From contig NZ_SWCI01000002.1 of the NCBI RefSeq assembly GCF_005116715.1, positions 169,120-201,119 of the forward strand: a stretch of 32,000 nt of DNA, given 5' to 3'. A program made the position numbers and the translations under genes. Positions 1 through 8,029 of this stretch are shown here, piece after piece. Source of the stretch: Ferrimonas sediminicola (GTDB lineage: Bacteria; Pseudomonadota; Gammaproteobacteria; Enterobacterales; Shewanellaceae). Position 1 is the first letter of the stretch, and every line of letters starts with the position of its first letter. Below the pieces are notes generated by a model that did not search any database, was not told the DNA's origin, and was given only the letters and a program-made list of their open reading frames with translations.

Positions 1-116
1 TGGTGCCGGAGGCGCACCAGGTCACCATCGAGATGAAATTGGGGCTGCTGCTGCTCCCCTTTGCCCCGGTGATCAGGCAGGGGATAGAGACTCAACTGGA
101 TACCCTGCTAATCTAA
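1..116 (+). CDS. 3' end of an upstream gene (partial); C-terminus resembles the SRPBCC/START-like protein at 3982-4479
   Basis: The open frame from position 3 reads ...VTIEMKLGLLLLPFAPVIRQGIETQLDTLLI and stops at TAA 114-116. The pattern is similar to ...VNRVEMQMKSALPFIGNKLTRFVHDEIERM of the 165-aa protein downstream. Confidence 0.3.
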   Translation, partial: VPEAHQVTIEMKLGLLLLPFAPVIRQGIETQLDTLLI

Positions 117-150
117 ACCAAGTTTGACCAACCTCAATTTTTCCCCGCCG

Positions 151-170
151 TTTAGAATGTCCCTTCTAAA
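151..170. promoter_or_regulatory. Perfect 7-bp inverted repeat TTTAGAA-N6-TTCTAAA upstream of the phasin operon; candidate operator
   Basis: TTTAGAA at 151-157 and TTCTAAA at 164-170, 54-73 nt upstream of ATG 224. A TetR-family regulator is encoded in the locus. Confidence 0.3.
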
Positions 171-223
171 GATCCACCGTACTCTGACCATGACAAAGAA
201 AACTTTCCCGTCATGGAGGCAAC

Positions 224-712
224 ATGTTGAAGCGACTGTTTGGATCAAAAAATGCGGATGCTGACACCCAGGAAGCACTGTATCGGAAAATCTGGTTGGC
301 CGGTCTGGGCGCCTACTCCAAAGGGGCCGAAGAGATCAGCCAGCTGTCGGAAAGGGGCCTGAGCCTGTTCGATGAACTGCTGGAGCGGGGCAAGGAGCTG
401 GAATCCTCTACCGTCGAGCGCGTCTCCGAAGCGTCCACTCAGACCAAGGAAGCGTTCGAGGCCCAACTGCACAGCCAGGTCCAGAAGGTGACCGGACTGG
501 AGGCTGAACAACTCGAAGAGCTGGAGTCCAAGATCGACCGGCTGACCACGCTGGTGGACAAGATGGCGGAGGAGAAGGCCGCCGCCAAGGCCGCCCCCAA
601 GGTCACCGCGACCCCGAAGACGCCACCTAAAGCAGCCCCTAAGGCCGCCCCTAAGCCTGCCGCCAAACCAGCGGCAAAGACCCCCCGCCGTACCACCAAT
701 AAGCCCGCCTGA
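224..712 (+). CDS. PhaF-like granule-associated protein (phasin domain plus short AKP-rich histone-H1-like tail)
   Basis: GGAGG RBS lies 5 nt upstream. The N-terminal motif YRKIWLAGLGAYSKG matches the conserved RKIWLAGLGIYSK core of Pseudomonas PhaF/PhaI as I remember it. There is a coiled-coil middle and a C-terminal KAAAKAAPK...PKAAPKAAPKPAAKPAAK tail. Confidence 0.75.
   Translation: MLKRLFGSKNADADTQEALYRKIWLAGLGAYSKGAEEISQLSERGLSLFDELLERGKELESSTVERVSEASTQTKEAFEAQLHSQVQKVTGLEAEQLEELESKIDRLTTLVDKMAEEKAAAKAAPKVTATPKTPPKAAPKAAPKPAAKPAAKTPRRTTNKPA
575..709 (+). repeat. Low-complexity Ala/Lys/Pro coding repeats (AAPK/PAAK units)
   Basis: Residues 118-162 of the 162-aa protein: KAAAKAAPKVTATPKTPPKAAPKAAPKPAAKPAAKTPRRTTNKPA. 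Confidence 0.8.
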
Positions 713-732
713 AGCCGCGGTGTAAGGAGCAC

Positions 733-1086
733 ATGATGACTGAACAAGTGAAGGGAATGCCACCCGTAGAAGGCGTTGACAACGAGCAGCTGGCTCGAAA
801 CATCTGGCTCGCCGGGCTGGGTGTCTACAGCCGCAGCATCGAGGAGGCCAGGGAGCTGGAGGGCAAATCCGGTGACCTGTTCGAGAAGCTGGTTGAGCGC
901 GGCCGCGAAGTGGAAGCCAACACCCGAGCCCGGGTAGAGGACAACCTGGATCGCGCCAACGAGGAGGTGGAAGCCCGGGTGCATAACCTGTTCTACCGCC
1001 TGAGCGGCATCCATCCGCGTCAGATTGAGGAACTGAACGCCAAGGTAGACAAACTGGCTGACGCCATCGAGAAACTGGCCAAGTAG
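733..1086 (+). CDS. PhaI-like phasin (phasin domain only)
   Basis: AAGGAG RBS. ARNIWLAGLGVYSRS is a paralogous motif to the upstream gene. The 117-aa protein has no AKP tail, and the gene lies 20 nt after the previous stop. Confidence 0.7.
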   Translation: MMTEQVKGMPPVEGVDNEQLARNIWLAGLGVYSRSIEEARELEGKSGDLFEKLVERGREVEANTRARVEDNLDRANEEVEARVHNLFYRLSGIHPRQIEELNAKVDKLADAIEKLAK

Positions 1087-1102
1087 GCCTGAAGGAGGGC
1101 GC

Positions 1103-2500
1103 ATGACCACCTTGTCCCTGTCCGAGCTGGTGTTCCTGCTTTTTGAAAGCGACTCGACACCGCTGCATGTGTCAGGGCTGATGATGCTGCGCCCTCCTGA
1201 GGATTTGCCCGATTTCGGGTCGCGCCTTCACCGCCAACTGGTCCGCTGCGGACCGGTGGTGGCCCCCTTCGATCAGGTGATCCACTTCACCCCCTCCAGC
1301 TTGCCCCGCTGGCAGGCGGCGGATGAGGTGGATCTCTCCTACCATGTTCGCCTGGCGAAGCTACCCAGGCCCGGTGATGGCGATCAGTTGATGGAACTGG
1401 TGGCGCGGATCCACAGCTACCGACTGGATCGCAGCCGCCCCCTGTGGGAGCTGTGGGTGATCGACGGGCTGGAGAGTGGCGAGATCGCCCTGGTGATGAA
1501 GTTCCACCATGCCCTGACTGACGGCCTGCGCGCCGCCAGCCTGGTGAGAGACAGTTTCGACCTAACCGAGCGCCTGGGTTACCTGGTGCCCTTCTGGCAG
1601 CTCGGCAGCCGCATCGACGAGGAGCAGCCGGATCTGAGCCAGTGGCTGCAGACCCTGACCCCCGCCTTCTGGGCAAAGCAGGCGAGGATCGGCCTGGACA
1701 GCCTCAAGCTGCTGTGCCTGGCCACCACCGATCGGCTGTGCCTGACCCACAGTGGTATCCGCCTGCCCTTTACCGCACCGCGTACCCCCTTTAACCACAT
1801 CAGCCCGGAGCGGGCCAAGCAGGTGACCCTGGCCAAACTGCCCGCCAGCCGCCTCAACCGCTTGGCGCTGCACACCGGCGGCCGTTTCGATGATGTGGTG
1901 CTGACCCTGTGTGACATGGCGCTGCACCGTTACCTCAGGGTACACAACTGGGGGGACAGTGACCCGCTGGTGGCCATGGTGCCCCTGCATTCCGCCGACA
2001 GCGACGAGCGATTGCATATGATCTCGGTCGGCCTGGTAGAGCTTGGACGACCGGGACTGACACCGATGCAGCGGCTTAAGGCGATCGGCCGCACCAACCG
2101 GCGCATCCGCGAACAGACCCGGCGCACCAGCGCCCGCGCCTACAACCGCTACTCGTCGGTGGTCAATGCCCTGTCGCTGGTGGCGGCCCGCTACGACAGC
2201 CAGCAGTGGCTGCCGCCGGCGGCGAACATGCTGATCACCGAGGTGGACGCGTCGGATCACCCCCTCTCCCTGCGCGGTGCCAGGATGACCGCCAGCTACC
2301 CACTGTCGCTGCTGATGCCGGGGCAGACCCTCAACATGACCCTGCTGCGCTACGATGGCATGCTCCACTTTGGCCTGGTGTGCTGTCGCCACTCACTGCC
2401 GGGATTTGAATCTTTCGACCGTTATCTGGAGGAGGGCTTGGAAGAGCTTGAGTCTTCAGTGTTTTCTCACATATCATCTAGCCTTTCTCCCGCAAACTAA
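1103..2500 (+). CDS. Wax ester synthase/diacylglycerol acyltransferase (WS/DGAT family)
   Basis: 465 aa. The catalytic HHxxxDG motif is present as KFHHALTDG. Length and N-terminal LxxxDxxxxxxxPLHVxGL pattern are typical of the family. Confidence 0.85.
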   Translation: MTTLSLSELVFLLFESDSTPLHVSGLMMLRPPEDLPDFGSRLHRQLVRCGPVVAPFDQVIHFTPSSLPRWQAADEVDLSYHVRLAKLPRPGDGDQLMELVARIHSYRLDRSRPLWELWVIDGLESGEIALVMKFHHALTDGLRAASLVRDSFDLTERLGYLVPFWQLGSRIDEEQPDLSQWLQTLTPAFWAKQARIGLDSLKLLCLATTDRLCLTHSGIRLPFTAPRTPFNHISPERAKQVTLAKLPASRLNRLALHTGGRFDDVVLTLCDMALHRYLRVHNWGDSDPLVAMVPLHSADSDERLHMISVGLVELGRPGLTPMQRLKAIGRTNRRIREQTRRTSARAYNRYSSVVNALSLVAARYDSQQWLPPAANMLITEVDASDHPLSLRGARMTASYPLSLLMPGQTLNMTLLRYDGMLHFGLVCCRHSLPGFESFDRYLEEGLEELESSVFSHISSSLSPAN

Positions 2501-2509
2501 GGAAAGTGG

Positions 2510-3430
2510 ATGTCCAGCTGGCGTGCCAAGGCGCTCAACAAGGTGCTCTACCGGGCGATTCGAGGCCGCCTGGAGCGGTGTAACGACATCCTGTCGGTCA
2601 GGGGAGTGATAGCCGGGCTGGACAAGCTGAACTCCTACATAGGCACCCCGGCGGGGCTGGAGTGGATTGAGGACAGTCTCTCCGGCGTTCCATGTCAGTG
2701 GATCGTCAAAGGCCGCCCGGCCGGGGACAGCGTGCTGCTCTACTTTCATGGTGGTGGCTTCTGCTTCCGCTCTCCCCAGGTCCACAGCGCCATGCTCCAC
2801 TACCTCAGCAGGCACAGCCGGGCCCGCGGGGTGATGGTCAACTATCGGTTGGCCCCAGAGTTTCCCTTTCCTGCCGCCCTCCACGATTGCTTTACCGCCT
2901 ACCGCACCCTGCTGGAGCAAGGGGTGCCCCCGGAGAAGATCATCCTCGGGGGCGATTCCGCCGGCGGCAACCTGGCGCTGGCGACCATGGTGAAGTGCAA
3001 GGAGAAGGGGTTGCCTCAGCCGTTGGCGGCGCTGCTGTTCTCGCCGGCGCTGGACCTGACCATGAACAGCCAGTCCGCCTTCGTCATGCGTAACGAGGAT
3101 CCCTTCTTCGACCTGGGCAGCCTGATGCTGCTGCGCAACTCCTACCTCAATGGCCACACTCCCTGTGACCCGCTGGCATCACCCCTGGCGGCGGATCTCA
3201 GCGACCTGGCACCGATAATGGTGCACGTGGGCAGCCTGGAGATCCTGCTGGATGATTCGGTCAGGCTGAAGTCCAGGGTGAGGCGCCAGGGCGGGGTGGC
3301 TGACCTGACCATCTGGCCAGGCCTGCCCCATGTATTCACCCTGTTTCAGCAACTGCCCGAAGCCCGGGAAGCGATGGAGCGGTGTGGCCGCTTTATTGAT
3401 CAGTGCCGGCAAGATTCAGCTGCCGGGTAA
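2510..3430 (+). CDS. Alpha/beta hydrolase, hormone-sensitive-lipase family (family IV) esterase/lipase
   Basis: HGGG oxyanion motif (LLYFHGGGFCF), GDSAGG nucleophile elbow, and a C-terminal His region (GLPHVF). Starts 9 nt after the WS/DGAT stop. Confidence 0.85.
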   Translation: MSSWRAKALNKVLYRAIRGRLERCNDILSVRGVIAGLDKLNSYIGTPAGLEWIEDSLSGVPCQWIVKGRPAGDSVLLYFHGGGFCFRSPQVHSAMLHYLSRHSRARGVMVNYRLAPEFPFPAALHDCFTAYRTLLEQGVPPEKIILGGDSAGGNLALATMVKCKEKGLPQPLAALLFSPALDLTMNSQSAFVMRNEDPFFDLGSLMLLRNSYLNGHTPCDPLASPLAADLSDLAPIMVHVGSLEILLDDSVRLKSRVRRQGGVADLTIWPGLPHVFTLFQQLPEAREAMERCGRFIDQCRQDSAAG

Positions 3431-3980
3431 GGTGAGGGTTGACCAGGGAGATCAGCCGTTGGGCCCCGCGCTCAACCGCCTTGTCGTCGCTGTCGCCTGA
3501 ATCGAAACAGAGCCAGGAGAGCCCCAGCAGGAATAGGTTGTCCGCCAACTGCTCCCGCTGCTCCCCCTTTACCTGCAGCAACGCCTTCTCCTCCAGCGCC
3601 TCCAGGCTGTGGGCGGTGAAGCTGTGCAGCTGCTTCATCAGCCGCTGGGCGCCGCGGTTGCCCTGGGGCGGTGCCACCGTCTGCAGATCCAGGAACAGGA
3701 AACGGTAGTGCAGGCACACCCGCAGCAGGGAGAGCAGGAACACCCAGTACTCCGACTCGCTTATCGCCTCCAGGTCCACCCTGGCCAGCAGGGTGCCCAC
3801 GGCCAGTTCACACTCCTTGGAGAGCTGGTTGATGATCTCCTCCTTGCCCTTGAAGTGGTAATAAAGGTTGCCCGGGCTGATCTCCAGCTCGGCGGCGATG
3901 TCCAGGCTGGTGATGTTGGCGGAACCGTGATGGTTGAACATCGCCAGGCTGGTGTCGAGGATACGCTGTCGGGTTCCCAT
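3393..3980 (-). CDS. TetR/AcrR-family transcriptional regulator
   Basis: N-terminal HTH RQRILDTSLAMFNHHGSANITSLDIAAELEISPGNLYYHFKGKEEI. 195 aa. The 3' end overlaps the convergent esterase gene by 38 bp. Confidence 0.85.
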   Translation of the reverse strand: MGTRQRILDTSLAMFNHHGSANITSLDIAAELEISPGNLYYHFKGKEEIINQLSKECELAVGTLLARVDLEAISESEYWVFLLSLLRVCLHYRFLFLDLQTVAPPQGNRGAQRLMKQLHSFTAHSLEALEEKALLQVKGEQREQLADNLFLLGLSWLCFDSGDSDDKAVERGAQRLISLVNPHLTRQLNLAGTDQ

Positions 3981-3981
3981 A

Positions 3982-4479
3982 TCAGGCCGGCTCTGTGGTC
4001 AGTTGGGTCTGCAGGTAGTGCCATTCGGCGTTGGCCATCCGCTCGATCTCGTCATGGACGAAGCGGGTCAGCTTGTTGCCGATGAAGGGCAGGGCGCTTT
4101 TCATCTGCATCTCCACCCGGTTGACACACCCCTGCTTTGCGGGTTCGAACACCATGGTGCCGGTGATCTTGATCGGCACCCCCACCAGTTCCACCGACAT
4201 CTCGCAACGGTAGAGCGGCGCCCGGTCCAGCTGCCACTCCTCCACCTGCTTCACCAGGTTCTGCGATCCGAGCAGCCGCTTGAGCACCGCCGGCACATTG
4301 CTGGTCACCTCACGCTTAGTGGAGAGGGCGACGCCGCTGGGCTCGGCGAGATGTTGCGGAATACGCACCCGCTGACACCCCAGTGCCTCATACTTCTGCT
4401 GGATCATCTCAGGCTCGACGAAGAAGCGCAGCAGTTCCTCGGTGGAGCAGGCGTAGGTGTGGGTGAGTTCCAATTTCAT
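3982..4479 (-). CDS. SRPBCC/START-like (polyketide cyclase/lipid-binding fold, DUF2505-like) protein
   Basis: The ATG at 4477-4479 gives 165 aa (MKLELTHTYACSTEELLRFF...). The longer track ORF extending to 4977 would overlap the reductase gene. The gene sits 8 nt after the reductase stop and 1 nt before the TetR start. Confidence 0.55.
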   Translation of the reverse strand: MKLELTHTYACSTEELLRFFVEPEMIQQKYEALGCQRVRIPQHLAEPSGVALSTKREVTSNVPAVLKRLLGSQNLVKQVEEWQLDRAPLYRCEMSVELVGVPIKITGTMVFEPAKQGCVNRVEMQMKSALPFIGNKLTRFVHDEIERMANAEWHYLQTQLTTEPA

Positions 4480-4487
4480 TGTGTCTC

Positions 4488-6467
4488 CTAAAAGTGAATG
4501 CCCCGGAGCATCGCTGCCAGGCCTATCATCTGTTGCTGTTGGCTGTAATTCAGTTTCTCTTCCTGTACTTCGCCGGACTCGGGGAACATCCGGTAGATCA
4601 TGTTCATGGTTATCTCCGCCAGCCTGGGGGAGAGGGCGTGCATCACCGCCCCCAGCACCCCGAGGCGGGTGGCCACCCGCTTGGGCTGGTGAACCACCGC
4701 CTTGGCCACCAGGTCGGCGGCCTGCTCGGCGCTGAGGGTGGGGACCGCCTGGTAGAGCTGGGTCGGGGCGATCATCGGCGTATCCACCAGCGGCATGTTG
4801 ATGGTGGTGAAGCGCACCCCCTGATCCGAGTACTCGGCGGCGGCGCAGCGACAGAAGGATTCCAGGGCGGCGTTGGAGGCCACATAGGCGCTGAATCTGG
4901 GGGCGTTGGTGAGCACGCCGATGGAGGAGATGTTGATCACCTGGCCGGACTGCGCCTTGGCCATGGCCGGCAGGCACCCCAGTATCAGCCGCAGGGCGCC
5001 GAAGTAGTTGATGGCCATGGTGCGCTCATAGTCGTGCACCCGTTCGGTGGAGGCCGCCACCGAGCGGCGGATGGAGCGCCCGGCGCAGTTGATCAGCAGA
5101 TCCACCCGCTCGTGGGCGCCGAGGATCTTGGCCAGCATCGCCTTGGCGACCACCTTGTCGGTGAGGTCGCAGCTGAAGCACAGCGCCTTGCCTCCCAGGG
5201 CTCGCACCTGCTGCTCGGTCTCCTTCAGCCGCTCGCTGTTTCGTGCCACCAGCAGCAGTTTGGCCCCGTAGGGCGCCAGCCGCAGGGCGGTGGCCCGGCC
5301 GATGCCGGAGCTGGCGCCGGTGATCAGCACCACCTTGTTGGTCAGCCTGTGGCGCAGGCTGTCATCCAGGAACAGGTCCGGATCCAGGTTGCGCTCCCAG
5401 TAATCCCAGATGGGCACCACGTAGCTGGCCAGGTCCGGACAACGGATGCCGGCGTCCCGCAGCAGCGCCTGGGTGGACTGGCTGTCGAAGCGGGTGGGAT
5501 AGTTGAGCAGGCTCAGGGTCTCCGGCGGGATGCCGTAATCACTGACGATGCGCCGGGCCAGCTTGACCAGGGGCGGGTACTGGCTGGCCAGCTGCAGCCA
5601 GGGCCGGGGCAGCAGGCTGCTGAGGTTGAGATTGAATCCCAGCGCCAGGGTCGGCCCATGGCCCGCCTTGGAGAGCAGGTTGAGCACCTGGCCGGCGCTG
5701 TAGGGACGGGGATCGGTCAGGTGGAAGCAGCGCCGGTCCAGCTCGGGCTGACGGATCAGGTAGGCCATGGCCTCGGCGACAAAGTCCACCGGCACGATGT
5801 TGATCGGGCCCCCTTCGAACCCCACCAGCGGAAACCAGCTGGGCAGGGCGTTGCGGATCTTCTGCAGCAGCTTGAAAAAGTAGTAGGGGCCCTGGATGCG
5901 GTTGGCTTCGCCGCTGTGGCTGTCGCCCACCAGGATGCCGGGGCGGTAGATCCGCCAGGGCAGCGCGCCTTGCTGGCGGACCGCCTTTTCGCACAGGTGC
6001 TTGGAGAGGAAGTAGGGATGGGTCAGCTGCTCCGCTTCCTGGAACATGGTCTCATCGAAACAGCCGCGGTAGAGGCCGGCGGCGGCGATGGAGCTGAGAT
6101 GGTGAAAGCACTGTGCCCCGAGATCGGCGGCGCAGGCCAGGGCGGCCTCGGTGGCCTGGACATTGGCCTTGACCACACCGTTGCCGTCGCGGCGGAAGTC
6201 GTTGTAGGCCGCCAGGTGGATGAAGTGGTCGATCTGCCCCCTCAGCCGGTCGCGGTTGGCCTGGGACAGCCCCAGTGCCGGGTCCTTGAGACTGCCGGCC
6301 ACGGGGTGAATCTGCCCGTGGGCGTCCAGTTCGTCGGCCAGGGCGTCGAGACGCGCCTGTCCCTCCTGGTCGCGGACCAGGCAGTAGAGGGGGGCGCCAC
6401 CGCTGAGCAGACGACGGATCAACTGCCGCCCCAGCAAGCCGGTGGCTCCGGTTACAAAGTAGCTCAT
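4488..6467 (-). CDS. Two-domain fatty acyl-CoA/fatty aldehyde reductase (N-terminal FAR/thioester-reductase-like Rossmann domain plus C-terminal SDR domain)
   Basis: 659 aa. N-terminus: VTGATGLLG and YFLSK (YxxxK). C-terminus: VLITGASSGIGRA, LINCAG, INISS and YVASN. Size and architecture match the roughly 660-aa Marinobacter-type reductases as I remember them. Confidence 0.8.
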   Translation of the reverse strand: MSYFVTGATGLLGRQLIRRLLSGGAPLYCLVRDQEGQARLDALADELDAHGQIHPVAGSLKDPALGLSQANRDRLRGQIDHFIHLAAYNDFRRDGNGVVKANVQATEAALACAADLGAQCFHHLSSIAAAGLYRGCFDETMFQEAEQLTHPYFLSKHLCEKAVRQQGALPWRIYRPGILVGDSHSGEANRIQGPYYFFKLLQKIRNALPSWFPLVGFEGGPINIVPVDFVAEAMAYLIRQPELDRRCFHLTDPRPYSAGQVLNLLSKAGHGPTLALGFNLNLSSLLPRPWLQLASQYPPLVKLARRIVSDYGIPPETLSLLNYPTRFDSQSTQALLRDAGIRCPDLASYVVPIWDYWERNLDPDLFLDDSLRHRLTNKVVLITGASSGIGRATALRLAPYGAKLLLVARNSERLKETEQQVRALGGKALCFSCDLTDKVVAKAMLAKILGAHERVDLLINCAGRSIRRSVAASTERVHDYERTMAINYFGALRLILGCLPAMAKAQSGQVINISSIGVLTNAPRFSAYVASNAALESFCRCAAAEYSDQGVRFTTINMPLVDTPMIAPTQLYQAVPTLSAEQAADLVAKAVVHQPKRVATRLGVLGAVMHALSPRLAEITMNMIYRMFPESGEVQEEKLNYSQQQQMIGLAAMLRGIHF

Positions 6468-6523
6468 CTGCGGCTCCTTCCTTGTGGCCCGGGGAGCGCT
6501 CCTGCGCCCCTGAGATGGCAGGC

Positions 6524-6542
6524 TAACTTTTCACCTAAGTTA
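6524..6542. promoter_or_regulatory. Inverted repeat TAACTT-N7-AAGTTA upstream of the reductase operon; candidate TetR operator
   Basis: TAACTT at 6524-6529 and AAGTTA at 6537-6542, 57-75 nt upstream of the reductase start codon (6467, minus strand). Confidence 0.3.
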
Positions 6543-6750
6543 CCCCCGAAGGTAATTAAGTAGTTGACCTAAATCAATATCCTTCGAGGTATTCCCCTAT
6601 AAAAGACGGGAATCTTTGTTTCTGTTATGGAAATGACCGGGGCCGGGATCGCCCAGAAAAACAGCGTTCGCGAGCGCGGTGGTGGTGAGGGGCTCGGCCC
6701 TTGCTCTAAGATGAGTGGTTTTTTCAAAATGGCGAGGTCAGAGGAACAAA

Positions 6751-7617
6751 ATGAACCAGCCCAAGCGAATCGATGGACGGCGCATTGCCGATGAACAGGT
6801 GGCCCAGATCGCCCAACGGGTGGCGGCCTTGACCGAGCAGGGCAAGCGTCCTCCCGGGCTGGCGGTGGTGATGGTGGGGGACAACCCTGCCAGTGACGTC
6901 TATGTTCGAAACAAGATTCGCCGCTGTGAGCAGGCGGGGATCCTCAGCCGGGAGCACCGCCTGGATGAGCGGACCACCGAGGAGGATCTGCTGGGGCTGC
7001 TGGACAGCCTGAACCAGGACCCGCAGATCGACGGCATCCTGGTGCAGCTGCCGTTGCCGGCCCACCTGGAGGAGGGGCGGATCCTGAAACGGATCTCACC
7101 CGCCAAGGACGTGGACGGGTTCCACCCGGTCAACGTCGGCCTGCTGGGCATTGGCGATGCGCGCGCCCTGGTGCCCTGCACCCCGGCGGGCTGCGTCATC
7201 CTGGCCAAGGAGGTGCTCGGCGATCTCACCGGCAAGCACGTGGTGGTGGTGGGCCGCTCCAACATCGTCGGCAAGCCGGCGGCGCAGCTGTTTTTGGCCG
7301 AGGATTGCAGCGTCACACTGGTCCACTCCAAGAGCGCCAACGGCGCCGAACTGGCGCGCCAGGCCGACATCCTGGTGGTGGCGGTCGGACGGCCGCAGAT
7401 GGTGGATGAGAGTTGGGTCAAGCCCGGCGCGGTGGTGATCGATGTGGGCATCAACCGCATCGATACCGGCGAGGGGACCCGGCTGGTGGGCGACGTGGAT
7501 TATCAGCGGGTGGCCCCGGTCGCCGGAGCCATCACCCCGGTACCCGGCGGGGTGGGGCCGATGACCATCGCCGGCCTGCTGAACAACACCCTGACCGCCT
7601 ATGAGGCGGTGGAGTAG
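6751..7617 (+). CDS. folD: Bifunctional methylenetetrahydrofolate dehydrogenase/methenyl-THF cyclohydrolase
   Basis: The ATG at 6751 follows a GAGGAA RBS. PGLAVVMVGDNPASDVYVRNK, DGILVQLPLP, DVDGFHP and PVPGGVGPMT are colinear with E. coli FolD. Confidence 0.92.
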   Translation: MNQPKRIDGRRIADEQVAQIAQRVAALTEQGKRPPGLAVVMVGDNPASDVYVRNKIRRCEQAGILSREHRLDERTTEEDLLGLLDSLNQDPQIDGILVQLPLPAHLEEGRILKRISPAKDVDGFHPVNVGLLGIGDARALVPCTPAGCVILAKEVLGDLTGKHVVVVGRSNIVGKPAAQLFLAEDCSVTLVHSKSANGAELARQADILVVAVGRPQMVDESWVKPGAVVIDVGINRIDTGEGTRLVGDVDYQRVAPVAGAITPVPGGVGPMTIAGLLNNTLTAYEAVE

Positions 7618-7718
7618 GGCTGAGGCCCGCGCCTAGCACAAAAATGATCGGCGAAGGTCAACAGCCACCCCTGGGTGGGTTAGACTGGAGCCGATGAGTT
7701 AAACACAGGAATCAATTC

Positions 7719-8027
7719 ATGGTATTACCTGGATTTGAAGGGCATGAAACCACCGAGTTCGCACTGATCCGGCTGCGGGTCGGCTTCAAGCTGGCGCCTG
7801 AGCATGTGTCCGGGCTGGAGCGGCTGCTGGAACAGTATATGGACGCGGCGATCTCCGACTCCAACGTGATGTCGTGCCAGTACCTGGATGGCGAGATGCA
7901 GCTGGAGATGAGCTTCTTCGGTGCCGATCAGACCACGGTCAAGATGGAGCTGGCCCGGCTGCACAAGGTGGTGCAGAGCCTGCTCAATCCCACCCCGGTG
8001 TTTACCGTGACCGTCGACAAGGAGTAG
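7719..8027 (+). CDS. Hypothetical 102-aa protein
   Basis: AGGAA RBS and host-like GC. Its stop lies 2 nt before the patatin start, whose AAGGAG RBS is inside its 3' end. I recognised no motif. Confidence 0.5.
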   Translation: MVLPGFEGHETTEFALIRLRVGFKLAPEHVSGLERLLEQYMDAAISDSNVMSCQYLDGEMQLEMSFFGADQTTVKMELARLHKVVQSLLNPTPVFTVTVDKE

Positions 8028-8029
8028 CG

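Noticed and set aside
575-709. Short periodic DNA repeats that might suggest a CRISPR or tandem repeat array
   Set aside because: They lie in frame inside a CDS and encode AAPK/PAAK low-complexity units. There is no repeat-spacer architecture.
4479-6563. 694-aa plus-strand ORF antisense to the acyl-CoA reductase
   Set aside because: This is the same high-GC antisense artefact. The minus-strand product has clear Rossmann and SDR motifs, while this one has none.
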